NCBI GenBank assembly: GCA_050732995.1
Contig: JBOHSA010000104.1
Span: 1-46,473 of the forward strand
Direction: 5' to 3'
DNA: 46,473 nt
Source of the DNA: Gemmatimonadales bacterium
Lineage (GTDB): Bacteria; Gemmatimonadota; Gemmatimonadetes; Gemmatimonadales; GWC2-71-9
Numbering within the stretch: the first letter of the stretch is position 1; each line of letters opens with the position of its first letter. Positions 31,647 to 42,526 of this stretch are shown here, in pieces. Under the pieces are notes generated by a model. It was not told the DNA's origin. It was given only the letters and a program-made list of their open reading frames with translations, and did no database searches. The position numbers and the translations under genes are program-made.

Positions 31647-32039
31647 TCACCCCAGGAGCCAGGCGAGGAGGCCGCCGGCGACGACGTAGCGTGCGGTGTC
31701 GAGCAGGAAGCCGACGACCTGCGCGCGCGCGGCACGGCGAGACAGCCAGTACTGGTGGACGAGCGGGGGAAGCGTGTGCACGAGACCGATGAGCGCGAAC
31801 AGCAGCCACCAGCCCCCGTGCCCCAGGGAATCGAACCACAGCGCGGCAAGCAGCGTCACGACGATGCTTTCGGCGAAGCCGACGGGGAGGGCCGCGCGCA
31901 CGAGCAGGGCCTCAGCGCTGGCCGGCTCCGGCGGCTCCGGCGGGACGAGGCGGAGGCGCCCCCGCATGAGCGCGTACCGGCTGGCCGCCAACCAGGCGGC
32001 GACGGGCAGCCAGGCGACGATCAAGCGTCCGAGCGTCAC
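31647..32039 (-). CDS. Hypothetical small membrane protein (130 aa)
   Basis: The GTG at 32039 overlaps the upstream TGA (GTGA at 32036-32039). It has three to four hydrophobic helices (LIVAWLPVAAWLAAS, IVVTLLAALWF, WWLLFALIGLV, VVAGGLLAWLL). Confidence 0.5.
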   Translation of the reverse strand: MTLGRLIVAWLPVAAWLAASRYALMRGRLRLVPPEPPEPASAEALLVRAALPVGFAESIVVTLLAALWFDSLGHGGWWLLFALIGLVHTLPPLVHQYWLSRRAARAQVVGFLLDTARYVVAGGLLAWLLG

Positions 32040-33745
32040 CTCCCGCGCCGCTCCGGCGCCCAGCCCGGCCCGCGCAGGCCGCGGCCGGGCCGGGCGTCGG
32101 TGAGCGCGCCGTGCCGCAGCACCGCCCGGCCGTTCACGAAGACGTGCGCGATGCCGACCGAGGGTTGATGGGGCTGCTCGAACGTGGCACGGTCGGCGAC
32201 CGTCTCCCGGTCGAACACCGTGACGTCCGCGAACATCCCGGGCCGCAGGAGCCCGCGCTCGGCAAGGCCCACGCGCTGCGCCGCGAGCGAGGTCATCTTC
32301 CGCACCGCGAGTTCGAGCGACAGGAGCTGGAGCTCCCGCACGTAACGGCCGAGGATGCGGGTGAACGCGCCGTAGGCGCGCGGGTGCGGGCGGATCCGCG
32401 CGAACGGCCCGTCGGGGGCGACGCCGCCGTAGTCGGTGTTGACGGCCACCCACCAGTGCCGCAGGGCGGCCCGGATATCCCCTTCGTTCATGGAGAAGTA
32501 GATGGCGCCGGTCCGGCTGTCGTCCGCGAGCAGCAGGTCGAACAAGGTCTCGGCGGGGTCCCGGCCGCGCGCCCGGGCGATCGCCCCCAGCGTCTTCCCC
32601 TGGAGGTAGCGCAGCGAGTCCGCGAACACGCTCGCGATCAGGATGCCGTCCGGCCCGTCGCAGCAATACCATTGATCCTCGCCGCGGGCGCTGGCCCCCA
32701 GCATCGTGTCGCGGACGGCGCGGCGGGTCGCGGGATCGCGCAGCCGGGCGAGCAGCGAATCGGTCCCGCCGGCGTGCGCCCAGGGCGGGATCGTCGCGTC
32801 GAGTGACGTGGCCGAGGCGACGTAGGGGTACTGGTCAGCGGTGATGTCCAGCCCCGCCGTCCGGGCGGAATCGATGCGCGCGAGGACGCGCGGCATGCGT
32901 CCCCAGCTGGGGCGCCCCGAGACTTTCAGATGCCAAATCTCGGCCGGCGTATCGGCCTCGCGCGCGATCCGGAACGCCTCGTCCAGCGCCGCGTCGATCC
33001 GCGCCCCTTCGTTGCGGATGTGGCTGGCGTAGATGCCCCCGCGCCGGCGCGCGGCTTTCGCCAGGGCGATCAGCTCGTCGGTGGGCGCGTACACCGCGGG
33101 CGCGTAGATCAGCGACGTCGAAAGGCCGAGCGCGCCCTGGCGCATCGCGGTGTCGACCAATGCGACCATCCGGGCCAGCTCCGCGGGCGTCGCCGGCCGG
33201 TCCGCGTCCCCGATCACGACGCGCCGGACCTGCGTGGCGCCGACGAACGTCGCGATGTTGACCGTCGAGCCGGTGCGCTCCAGCCGGGCGAAGTAGCCGT
33301 CCAGATCGCGCCAGTCGATGTCCAGCCCGTAGCGCTTCAGGTACGCCGAGTCGCGGGCGACGAGCGCGTCGGTCAGCGGCGCGACCGAGCCGCCTTCGCC
33401 GGTCACCTCGGTCGTGATCCCCTGGGTGATCTTGCTCAGGACCCGGTTGTCGATCAGGACGTCGGTCTCCGACTGTCCCAGCATGTCGATGAAGCCGGGG
33501 GCGACCACGAGCCCCGAGACGTCGAGGGTCTCGCGCGCCTGGCGGTCGCCGATCCAGCCGACCGCGGCGATCCGGTCCCCGCGGATCGCCACGTCCCCGC
33601 GGTAGCGGGGATTGCCGGTGCCGTCCACGATCCACCCGTTTGCGAGGATCACGTCGTCGGGGCCACGCGCCCCTCGCCCCTCGTCGCCCGTCCCGCAAGC
33701 GGCGACGATCATCACACCGAAGGCGAGACTTCTCACGGCTTCCAT
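32036..33745 (-). CDS. N-acyl-D-amino-acid deacylase (D-aminoacylase) family amidohydrolase, lipoprotein-like
   Basis: Start MEAVRSLAFGVMIVAA|C. Then ILANGWIVDGTGNPRYRGDVAIRGDRIAAVG...APGFIDMLGQSE...ITTEVTGEGG...IYASHIRNEG...WHLKVSG...ITADQYPY, typical of D-aminoacylases. Confidence 0.85.
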   Translation of the reverse strand: MEAVRSLAFGVMIVAACGTGDEGRGARGPDDVILANGWIVDGTGNPRYRGDVAIRGDRIAAVGWIGDRQARETLDVSGLVVAPGFIDMLGQSETDVLIDNRVLSKITQGITTEVTGEGGSVAPLTDALVARDSAYLKRYGLDIDWRDLDGYFARLERTGSTVNIATFVGATQVRRVVIGDADRPATPAELARMVALVDTAMRQGALGLSTSLIYAPAVYAPTDELIALAKAARRRGGIYASHIRNEGARIDAALDEAFRIAREADTPAEIWHLKVSGRPSWGRMPRVLARIDSARTAGLDITADQYPYVASATSLDATIPPWAHAGGTDSLLARLRDPATRRAVRDTMLGASARGEDQWYCCDGPDGILIASVFADSLRYLQGKTLGAIARARGRDPAETLFDLLLADDSRTGAIYFSMNEGDIRAALRHWWVAVNTDYGGVAPDGPFARIRPHPRAYGAFTRILGRYVRELQLLSLELAVRKMTSLAAQRVGLAERGLLRPGMFADVTVFDRETVADRATFEQPHQPSVGIAHVFVNGRAVLRHGALTDARPGRGLRGPGWAPERRGR

Positions 33746-35094
33746 GCCGCCCGGAGGGAATCGGGCCGGAGGCGGCGACCACGGACCAGCACCCACGCGA
33801 TGTCGCGGGTCGCGGCGATGTCCTCGGCCGGGTTGGCGTTCAGCACGACGAGATCCGCGAGCGTGCCGGGGGCGAGTAGCCCCAGGGAATCGGCGCCGAG
33901 CAGCTGGGCGCCGCGCCGGGTGGCCGCGGTGATCGCTTCGATTGGCGTGAGGCCCGCGGCGACGAGCTGAGTCAGCTCCTCGTGCAGCGACGCCCCGGGG
34001 ACGAGCAGCTGGTTCGCGGCGTCGCTCCCTGCCGCGATCGGTCCGCCGGCGCGCTTGTATTCCCGCACGAACTGGTTCTGGCGCGCGCGGCTGCGGCGGA
34101 ACGCGGCGAAGTCCGCTGGCCGCCACCGGGTCCGCCGCAGCAGGCTCCCGACCGCGCGCACGACGTTGCGCGGATCCGAGGGCACGTCGGCCATCGCGGG
34201 GCGGTGCAGCAGGACGGGGTCATTGAGCCGGGCGTAGAGGTCGTGGAGCGCGAGCGTGGGGACGATGGTGACGCGCGTCGCGGCGAGGGCCTTCGCAGTG
34301 CGCGCCACGGTGGCCGAGTCGAGCCCGGCCCAGGCCCGCTCTTCGGCCGTCCAGCCGGCGAGGAACGCGGCGTGCGCGCGCAGCACCGGACCTGGGTTCC
34401 GCGCCGCCGCCTGCACGACCCCCGCCAGGTGCTCGATGGAGACGACGCCGGCGCGCGCGGCGGTGAGCGCGTCGGTCCGGCCGAGGTGGACCGCCACTGG
34501 GAGCCGGAGGCTCCGGGCCTCGTCGAGCGCGGCGCGCAGCAGTTCGGGCGTGATCCGGGTGTATAGCTTCACGTAGTCCGTGCCGGCGACGGCGTGCCGG
34601 TCCACCGCCTGCCGGGCCTGGCCCGGATTGCTCACGGCCGCCGCGTCGGGGTAGGTCGCGGGCGCGGCGTCGATCATCGCGCCCGCGGTGAACATCCGGG
34701 GCCCCAGGATCGCCCCCGAGTTGAACGCCTGCCGCAGCGCCAGGGCGGAATCGGTCTGGTTGTGCAGATCGCGCACGGTGGTCACGCCCCAGGCGAGATA
34801 GCGGGGGGCGGCCCAGCGCTCGACGTGGGCGTGGGCGTCGATCAGACCGGGGATGATCGTCTTCCCGACCAAGTTGACGACCGCGGCCCCCTTGGGCACG
34901 CGGATCTCGTTGACCCGCGCCACCGCCGTCACGCGGCCGTCGCGGATCAGCACGAGCGCGTCCGCGATCGGTTGGCCGCCTGAGCCGTCGACCAACGTCG
35001 CCCCTTCGAGCGCGAGGACGCCTTCACCCGCCGGCGTGCAGGAGACCGCGAGGAACAGCGCAGAGAGCAGGGCGCGGTACCGGACGGTGCGCAC
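33733..35094 (-). CDS. Amidohydrolase family protein (secreted/lipoprotein)
   Basis: Signal/lipobox LLSALFLAVS|C. Metal-binding GLIDAHAHVE. Then ..VTTVRD.., VAVHL.., SIEH... typical of the amidohydrolase_1 superfamily. The GTG start at 35094 abuts the upstream stop. Confidence 0.8.
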   Translation of the reverse strand: MRTVRYRALLSALFLAVSCTPAGEGVLALEGATLVDGSGGQPIADALVLIRDGRVTAVARVNEIRVPKGAAVVNLVGKTIIPGLIDAHAHVERWAAPRYLAWGVTTVRDLHNQTDSALALRQAFNSGAILGPRMFTAGAMIDAAPATYPDAAAVSNPGQARQAVDRHAVAGTDYVKLYTRITPELLRAALDEARSLRLPVAVHLGRTDALTAARAGVVSIEHLAGVVQAAARNPGPVLRAHAAFLAGWTAEERAWAGLDSATVARTAKALAATRVTIVPTLALHDLYARLNDPVLLHRPAMADVPSDPRNVVRAVGSLLRRTRWRPADFAAFRRSRARQNQFVREYKRAGGPIAAGSDAANQLLVPGASLHEELTQLVAAGLTPIEAITAATRRGAQLLGADSLGLLAPGTLADLVVLNANPAEDIAATRDIAWVLVRGRRLRPDSLRAAWKP

Positions 35095-35544
35095 CTAGGG
35101 CTTCGGATCAGGCGATGTGTGGTCGTGGAGGATCCGCCAGCGCCCGCCCGCCTTGTGCAGGATCAGGGTGAACGGACCGCTGGCGACCAGCGAGTCCCCG
35201 CGGTGCAGCGAAAAGCGCGCGGTCGCGAGCGCCAGCTCTGTGGTCAGCGGCCGGACGCGCACCTGGGAGAACGCGAGCGAGTCGCGGTGTTTGCCGGGGG
35301 CGAAGTACGTCGACTGGTAGCGGTCGTACAGCGCTTGCCAGCCATACTGGACGTGTCCTCCCGAGACGTAGCTTGTGAGCGAGTCCCGGGCGTAATCGGT
35401 CATGAAGCCGGCGAGGTCGCCGCGGTTCCAGTCCCCGGCGCTCCGGGCGAGCAACGCCGCGATCTCGGCCTGCGGGTCTCCCCCGGTCGGCAGCCGGGGG
35501 GCCGAGCAGGCGACCGCGATCACCACCCACCACGCGCTACGCAC
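35095..35544 (-). CDS. DUF4440 / SnoaL-like (NTF2-fold) lipoprotein
   Basis: GTG at 35544 with AAGAGG upstream. Signal (M)RSAWWVVIAVA|C. The body (IAALLARSAGDWNRGDLAGFMTDYA...RWRILHDHTS) is typical of DUF4440. Confidence 0.6.
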   Translation of the reverse strand: MRSAWWVVIAVACSAPRLPTGGDPQAEIAALLARSAGDWNRGDLAGFMTDYARDSLTSYVSGGHVQYGWQALYDRYQSTYFAPGKHRDSLAFSQVRVRPLTTELALATARFSLHRGDSLVASGPFTLILHKAGGRWRILHDHTSPDPKP

Positions 35545-35702
35545 GACGCACCTCTTCGCTTCGAGTCCGCCAGAACGTACGTTGCAGTATGGCCGACGCA
35601 ACCCCGCGACCGTCCGGGAGTCCGAGAGAGCGGCCGCGCGCGGCCGGCGGGTTCTTGTGGGAGACGATCGTCTACGGGCCCGTTCGCTGACGCCGGCTCG
35701 GG

Positions 35703-35969
35703 GTGAGCCTGGGCGTGAACCTCGTGCCGCCGGGCTCGAAGCTCTGCGAGCTCGACTGTCCCTGCTCGGATTGGGACGGCTCGAGCGCTGAAGCGCTCGC
35801 GGCGCGGCTGCCGCTGGTGCGCCGGGCCGACCCCGACGCCGTACAGTGCTACTCGCTCGACCGGCCCCCGGCCGATCCGGAGGTCCGTAACGTGCCGCGG
35901 GAGTGCCTGGAAGGGATGGCCATCGCCATCCGGCAAGCGCTCCCGCGGTCGATCGTCGAGGTGTTCTAG
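35703..35969 (+). pseudogene. Possible C-terminal remnant of a radical-SAM-type gene (very tentative)
   Basis: 88-aa ORF ending ..AVQCYSLDRPPADPEVRNVPRECLEGMAIAIRQALPRSIVEVF. This resembles, from memory, the C-terminal ...L.lYtlDRP.a...l..v....l..ia.. tail of a radical SAM family. No CxxxCxxC and no N-terminal domain are present upstream. Confidence 0.2.
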
Positions 35970-36250
35970 CGGCGCCGTCGCCGCGCCGCCCTACGCTTCC
36001 TCTTCCCGCCCCGCTTCTTCGCCTTCGCCCGCTTGGCTTTCTTCTTCTTCTTCTTGGCCTTTCTCGCCCTGGCGGGCTTCTTCCGTTTCTTGGTCGCCGA
36101 CTTCTTCCGCTTCGGCGACGCCATCGGCTCTTCGCCGAACAAGGGCGTTCGGGCGGGTGGAGGCGGTGGGGGCGGCGCCGATGGGATCATAGGATCCATC
36201 ATGCCGGGGCCGGACCAGCCGCTCTCCAGGCTCTCCAGGTGCTCGAGCAT
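35966..36250 (-). CDS. Lys/Arg-rich, histone H1-like basic protein (94 aa)
   Basis: ATG at 36250 with GGAGGAAAG 5 nt upstream. The N-terminal 40 aa is acidic/Pro-rich (PPPPPPP). The C-terminal 52 aa is about 75% K/R (SPKRKKSATKKRKKPARARKAKKKKKKAKRAKAKKRGGKRKRRAARRRRR). Confidence 0.55.
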   Translation of the reverse strand: MLEHLESLESGWSGPGMMDPMIPSAPPPPPPPARTPLFGEEPMASPKRKKSATKKRKKPARARKAKKKKKKAKRAKAKKRGGKRKRRAARRRRR

Positions 36251-36401
36251 CGGATCTTTCCTCCGCTGGTTGTGACCGTGGGCGTGGCCTATAGCTTACC
36301 CGGCCATTCCCTCCACGCAAGTGACGCGCGCGCCGATGCGCTGCGCCGTGCCGGCGATCACATGGTGGGTGGCCGTCACCGTTCCGAAGTGACAAGTCAG
36401 A

Positions 36402-36431
36402 TTGACAACGGCACTTACGAGGACTTACGTT
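36402..36431 (+). promoter_or_regulatory. Candidate promoter giving a leaderless or near-leaderless transcript for the Big_2/PD40 gene
   Basis: TTGACA (36402-36407), 18-nt spacer, TACGTT (36426-36431). The ATG at 36441 lies only about 10 nt downstream, and there is no SD. Confidence 0.3.
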
Positions 36432-36440
36432 CGCCCTGCT

Positions 36441-38753
36441 ATGGCGTTCCAGTGGCGGTATCTCGTCGGTGGGATCGCACTGCTCCTTCCCCGTGCCGCT
36501 CGCTCGCAGGGCGCGAACGTGGCGGAGGTGCAGGTCGCGCCCCCGACCCTCACGCTCAAGGCCGGCGAGCGCAGCGGGCTCCTCGCCACGGCGTTCGACC
36601 GCATCGGCAACGTCATTCCGACCATCCGGTTCATCTGGTCGTCCAACAACGTCAACGTCGCCCGGGTAGACAACAGCGGTACGGTCACGGGGATCGGCGG
36701 GGGCGTGGCGATCATCGAAGCCCGGGCGGGGAGCCGTCGCGGCCAGGCCGTGGTGCAGGTGACAGGCGCGGCCGCCCCCCCGTCCCAACCCGCCGGGGGG
36801 GGAGGAGGACCTCCGGGGCCCGTCGTGACCGCTCCAGGGACACCCGGCGAGGCCTCGGCCGATCCCCTCGCGGGGCAGCCCCCCGGTGCGGGGCCAGCCG
36901 CCGCGCTGCGCATTGAGCCGCCAGCCATCTATCTGCTGCCGTCGGAGAACACCCGGATCTCCCCCCGGGCGCTGCGGGGGGACGGCGGGCCTGCCGCCCC
37001 GGTGCGGGTGACCTGGAAGTCGCTGCGCGAGGACATCGCCAGCGTGGACCAGAACGGCAACGTCGTGGCGCTGTCGCCGGGCCAGGGCACCATCCAGATG
37101 ATCGGACCGAGCGGTCTCACCGCCACGGCGCCGATCGTCGTGCAGCACGCCGACATCACCATCGAGCAGCGTGGACCGATCATGCTGTCGCCGGGCGAGA
37201 GCGACACGCTGAACGTCATCGTCCCCTCGCAGAACTTCCGTCTGATCAACCCGCTCGCCCTCCAGTGGGGGTCGAGCAACCCGGCAGTCGCCCGCGTGAG
37301 CCTCACCGGCGTCGTCACGGCCGCCGGTCCGGGGAAGGCGACCCTCTCGGTCTCGGGCCTGTTGCAGACCCGGAACGTCGACGTCTCGGTCCATCGGCCG
37401 GTCGAGCTCATGGTGGCGCGGCCGCGGTGGCAGGCGGAGATCGCGCTGCCCCTCACCGGCACCCAGCGGTTCGAGGTGGAAGCGCTGGCGTCCGACAACA
37501 CGCGGGTGGCGGAGGCGCCGCTGCGCTGGACGGTGTCGGACACGTCGGTCGCGAGCTTCGACGCCGCCACTGGCGTCCTCACCGGCAAGGCCGTCGGCAA
37601 GACCACACTCGTAGTGCGCGGCCCCGGGTCGGGGCTGTCCGTCACCTGGACCGTCAACGTCATCGCGGGAACGGTCAAGCTTGCGGCGGGGCGGCTCGGT
37701 CTCCGCCAGGGCGCGAAACACGCCGTCAAGGCGAACTACGCGGACGATGCAGGCGCCCCCATCGGCCCGGCGACGAACCTCTCTTGGCGCAGCGATCGCC
37801 CGGACGTAGCCGCGGTTGGCGAGGACGGGACCGTCACGGCGCTGGGGCAGGGGCGCGCCCGTATCACCGCCACCGCGCCGGGCGGGAAGTCGGCCGCGAT
37901 GGACGTGTTTGTGCAGGGCGAGATCCTGCTCGCCAGCAACCGAGGCCGGGGCGGCAACCGCTATCAGCTGTACGCGGCGGAGCGCTCCAACCTCGCCCAG
38001 CTCCGCAAGGTCACCGAAGACACGGCCAGCGCCCTCGACCCGGCCTTCTCGCCGGACGGCTCCCGCATCGCGTTCGTCTCGTCGCGCGACGGCACGCCGG
38101 ACCTCTACTTCATGGACGCGGACGGCCGGAACCCGGTGCGGGTCACGAGCGACGCGGCGCTCGACGGGCGCCCGGCGTTCACCCCCGATGGGCAAGCCCT
38201 GGTGTTCCACACCCAGCGCACCAAGAACCAGCAGGTCTTCGTCGTCGATATCGATGGGTCGAACGCCCGCCAGCTCACCCAGGAGCCGGCAGCCAACTTC
38301 CAGCCGACGGTCTCGCCGGACGGGGGCACGATCGCGTTCGTCTCCACCCGCGAGAACAACAACGAAATCTGGCTGATGGCCCGGGACGGCTCGAGCCAAC
38401 GCGCCTTCACCAGGAGCCCCCAGTGGCGGGAGAGCTACCCCCAGTTCCTGCGCGACGGCACGCTGGCCTATCTCGTGGAGCGCCGCGAGGGCAACCGTAC
38501 CGTCACCCAGGTGGTGAAGGCCGATCTCGCCACGGGCCAGACCACGCCGCTCACGGGCACGGACTTGTTCATCGCCTCCTTCGCCATCGCGCCGGGCGGA
38601 GATCTGCTCGCCCTGGTGGTCCCGCTGCCGGGGCAGGAGCGGCGCCGCAACCCCGCCTTCAAGGTCTACATCCAGCCGGTGGGGTCGGGTACGCCCGTAC
38701 CCCTGCCCGCGGCCCCCGACGAGCAGATGGTTACGCCGGCCCTCCTGCCGTAG
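36441..38753 (+). CDS. Secreted protein with Big_2 (bacterial Ig-like) domains and C-terminal TolB-like PD40 beta-propeller
   Basis: Signal MAFQWRYLVGGIALLLPRAARSQG. Ig-like repeats follow (..W.SSN..VA.V...G.VT....G.A.I.A). The C-terminus has PD40 repeats (SPDGSRIAFVSSRDGTPDLYFMDADG; FTPDGQALVFHTQR..QVFVVDIDG; VSPDGGTIAFVSTRENNNEIWLMARDG). Confidence 0.8.
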   Translation: MAFQWRYLVGGIALLLPRAARSQGANVAEVQVAPPTLTLKAGERSGLLATAFDRIGNVIPTIRFIWSSNNVNVARVDNSGTVTGIGGGVAIIEARAGSRRGQAVVQVTGAAAPPSQPAGGGGGPPGPVVTAPGTPGEASADPLAGQPPGAGPAAALRIEPPAIYLLPSENTRISPRALRGDGGPAAPVRVTWKSLREDIASVDQNGNVVALSPGQGTIQMIGPSGLTATAPIVVQHADITIEQRGPIMLSPGESDTLNVIVPSQNFRLINPLALQWGSSNPAVARVSLTGVVTAAGPGKATLSVSGLLQTRNVDVSVHRPVELMVARPRWQAEIALPLTGTQRFEVEALASDNTRVAEAPLRWTVSDTSVASFDAATGVLTGKAVGKTTLVVRGPGSGLSVTWTVNVIAGTVKLAAGRLGLRQGAKHAVKANYADDAGAPIGPATNLSWRSDRPDVAAVGEDGTVTALGQGRARITATAPGGKSAAMDVFVQGEILLASNRGRGGNRYQLYAAERSNLAQLRKVTEDTASALDPAFSPDGSRIAFVSSRDGTPDLYFMDADGRNPVRVTSDAALDGRPAFTPDGQALVFHTQRTKNQQVFVVDIDGSNARQLTQEPAANFQPTVSPDGGTIAFVSTRENNNEIWLMARDGSSQRAFTRSPQWRESYPQFLRDGTLAYLVERREGNRTVTQVVKADLATGQTTPLTGTDLFIASFAIAPGGDLLALVVPLPGQERRRNPAFKVYIQPVGSGTPVPLPAAPDEQMVTPALLP

Positions 38754-38802
38754 CGTCCCTCGCCCGCCCGCCCGCCCCTCTCTCCTTCCCTCCCTCCGCC
38801 GC

Positions 38803-39852
38803 ATGCGGGCGTGCGTCCTCCGGGCCAGCGGAGATTTCGATCAGATCACGATCGCCGATCTCCCGGACCCGGGGTCGCCCGGGGCGGGGGAGATCCGGAT
38901 CGCGGTCCAGGCCGCCGCGCTGAATCACCTCGACCTGTTCGTCATCCGCGGCCTCCCCGGCGTCGAGAATCGTTTCCCGCACATCTTGGGGGCGGACGCC
39001 GCGGGCGTCGTGGACGCCGTCGGTCCCGGGGTGACGCGGGTGCGCCCCGGCGACCGCGTGATGCTCAACCCGGGCATCTCGTGCTACGCCTGCGAGTACT
39101 GCCGGCGGGGGGAGCACTCGCTGTGCGTCCGGTACCGGCTCCTGGGCGAGCACCTGCCCGGCACCCTGGCCGAGTGGGTCGTCGTCCCCGAGCCGAACGT
39201 CGCGCTGATTCCCGAGGTCGTGCCGCCGCTCGAATGGGCTGAAGCCGCAGCCTTCTCTCTCGTGACCCTGACCGCCTGGCGCATGGTCGTGGGCCGCGCG
39301 CGGGTCCAGGCGGGGGAGACGGTCCTCGTGTGGGGCATCGGCGGCGGCGTGTCGCTCGCGGCCCTGCGGATCGCGAAGCGCGTCGGGGCGCGCGTGATCG
39401 TCACGTCGTCCAGTGACACCAAGCTGGAAACGGCGCGCCGGCTCGGGGCCGACGTCACCCTGAACCACCGCACCCAGAAAATCTCCCAGGAGGTCCGCGC
39501 CCTCACCGACAAGCGGGGCGTGGACGTCGTGGTGGAGAACGTCGGCGAGGCCACCTGGGAAGAGTCGCTGCGCTGTCTCGCCAAGGGCGGGCGGATCGTC
39601 ACCTGCGGCGCCACCACCGGTCCGAAAGTGGTCACCGACGTCCGGCGGCTGTTCTGGAACCAGTACACGATCCTGGGCTCGACCATGGGCAGCGCGACGG
39701 AATACGAGGAAATCGTGCGCCAGCTGGGTCAGGGTCATCTCCGGCCCATCGTGGACCGCGTGTTCCCGCTGGCTGAGGCGCGCCGGGCGTTCGAGCGGCT
39801 GGAGCAAGGGGCCCAGCTGGGCAAGGTCGTGGTCGCCGTCGGCCATTCCTAA
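38803..39852 (+). CDS. Zinc-binding alcohol dehydrogenase / MDR-family oxidoreductase
   Basis: ADH_N features (GADAAGVV..VG..V...R.GDRV; structural-zinc Cys cluster CYACEYCRRGEHSLC) and a Rossmann motif (VLVWGIGGGVSLAALRIAKRVGARVI). Confidence 0.85.
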   Translation: MRACVLRASGDFDQITIADLPDPGSPGAGEIRIAVQAAALNHLDLFVIRGLPGVENRFPHILGADAAGVVDAVGPGVTRVRPGDRVMLNPGISCYACEYCRRGEHSLCVRYRLLGEHLPGTLAEWVVVPEPNVALIPEVVPPLEWAEAAAFSLVTLTAWRMVVGRARVQAGETVLVWGIGGGVSLAALRIAKRVGARVIVTSSSDTKLETARRLGADVTLNHRTQKISQEVRALTDKRGVDVVVENVGEATWEESLRCLAKGGRIVTCGATTGPKVVTDVRRLFWNQYTILGSTMGSATEYEEIVRQLGQGHLRPIVDRVFPLAEARRAFERLEQGAQLGKVVVAVGHS

Positions 39853-39863
39853 GTCCAGTTCCG

Positions 39864-39897
39864 ACTCCGAGTTAGGGGCGGAGTTTCCGTTGCTTTT
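39864..39897 (+). terminator. Intrinsic terminator after the MDR dehydrogenase gene
   Basis: ACTCCG-agttagggg-CGGAGT hairpin (39864-39884) followed by the T-rich TTCCGTTGCTTTTCC. Confidence 0.45.
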
Positions 39898-39918
39898 CCC
39901 TGCCTAAGTAGTTAATTT
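39890..39918 (+). promoter_or_regulatory. Candidate gyrA promoter in an AT-rich island
   Basis: TTGCTT (39890-39895), 17-nt spacer, TAATTT (39913-39918). It is embedded in the palindrome CCTAAGT-N15-ACTTAGG (39903-39931). Confidence 0.3.
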
Positions 39919-39950
39919 TTATTGACTTAGGCCGCCCCCACGCGGCCCCA

Positions 39951-39978
39951 GACAACCGATACCCGACACCAGAAACCT
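39951..39978 (+). repeat. Tandem heptad array in the gyrA leader (GACAACC GATACCC GACACCA GAAACCT, then GCCTCCGAC ATG)
   Basis: Read directly. It has the same GAYACCN heptad as the arrays upstream of thyX and the FAD oxidase. Confidence 0.8.
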
Positions 39979-39987
39979 GCCTCCGAC

Positions 39988-42525
<2,538 letters not shown>

Positions 42526-42526
42526 C

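Noticed and set aside
28804-31689. 961-aa + strand ORF. Similar long shadows are 35991..38804(-), 39919..42624(-), 42491..44797(-) and 38731..39846(-)
   Set aside because: All are antisense to genes with unambiguous homology (rnhA/USP/selD, Big_2-PD40, gyrA, dehydratase/GGDEF, MDR dehydrogenase). All have low-complexity Arg/Gly/Asp/His-rich translations.
35520-35936. 138-aa minus-strand ORF and 129-aa + ORF (35402..35791) in the DUF4440 upstream region
   Set aside because: I recognise no motifs in either. They overlap each other and the better-supported lipoprotein start at 35544, and their composition is typical of off-frame GC-rich translation.
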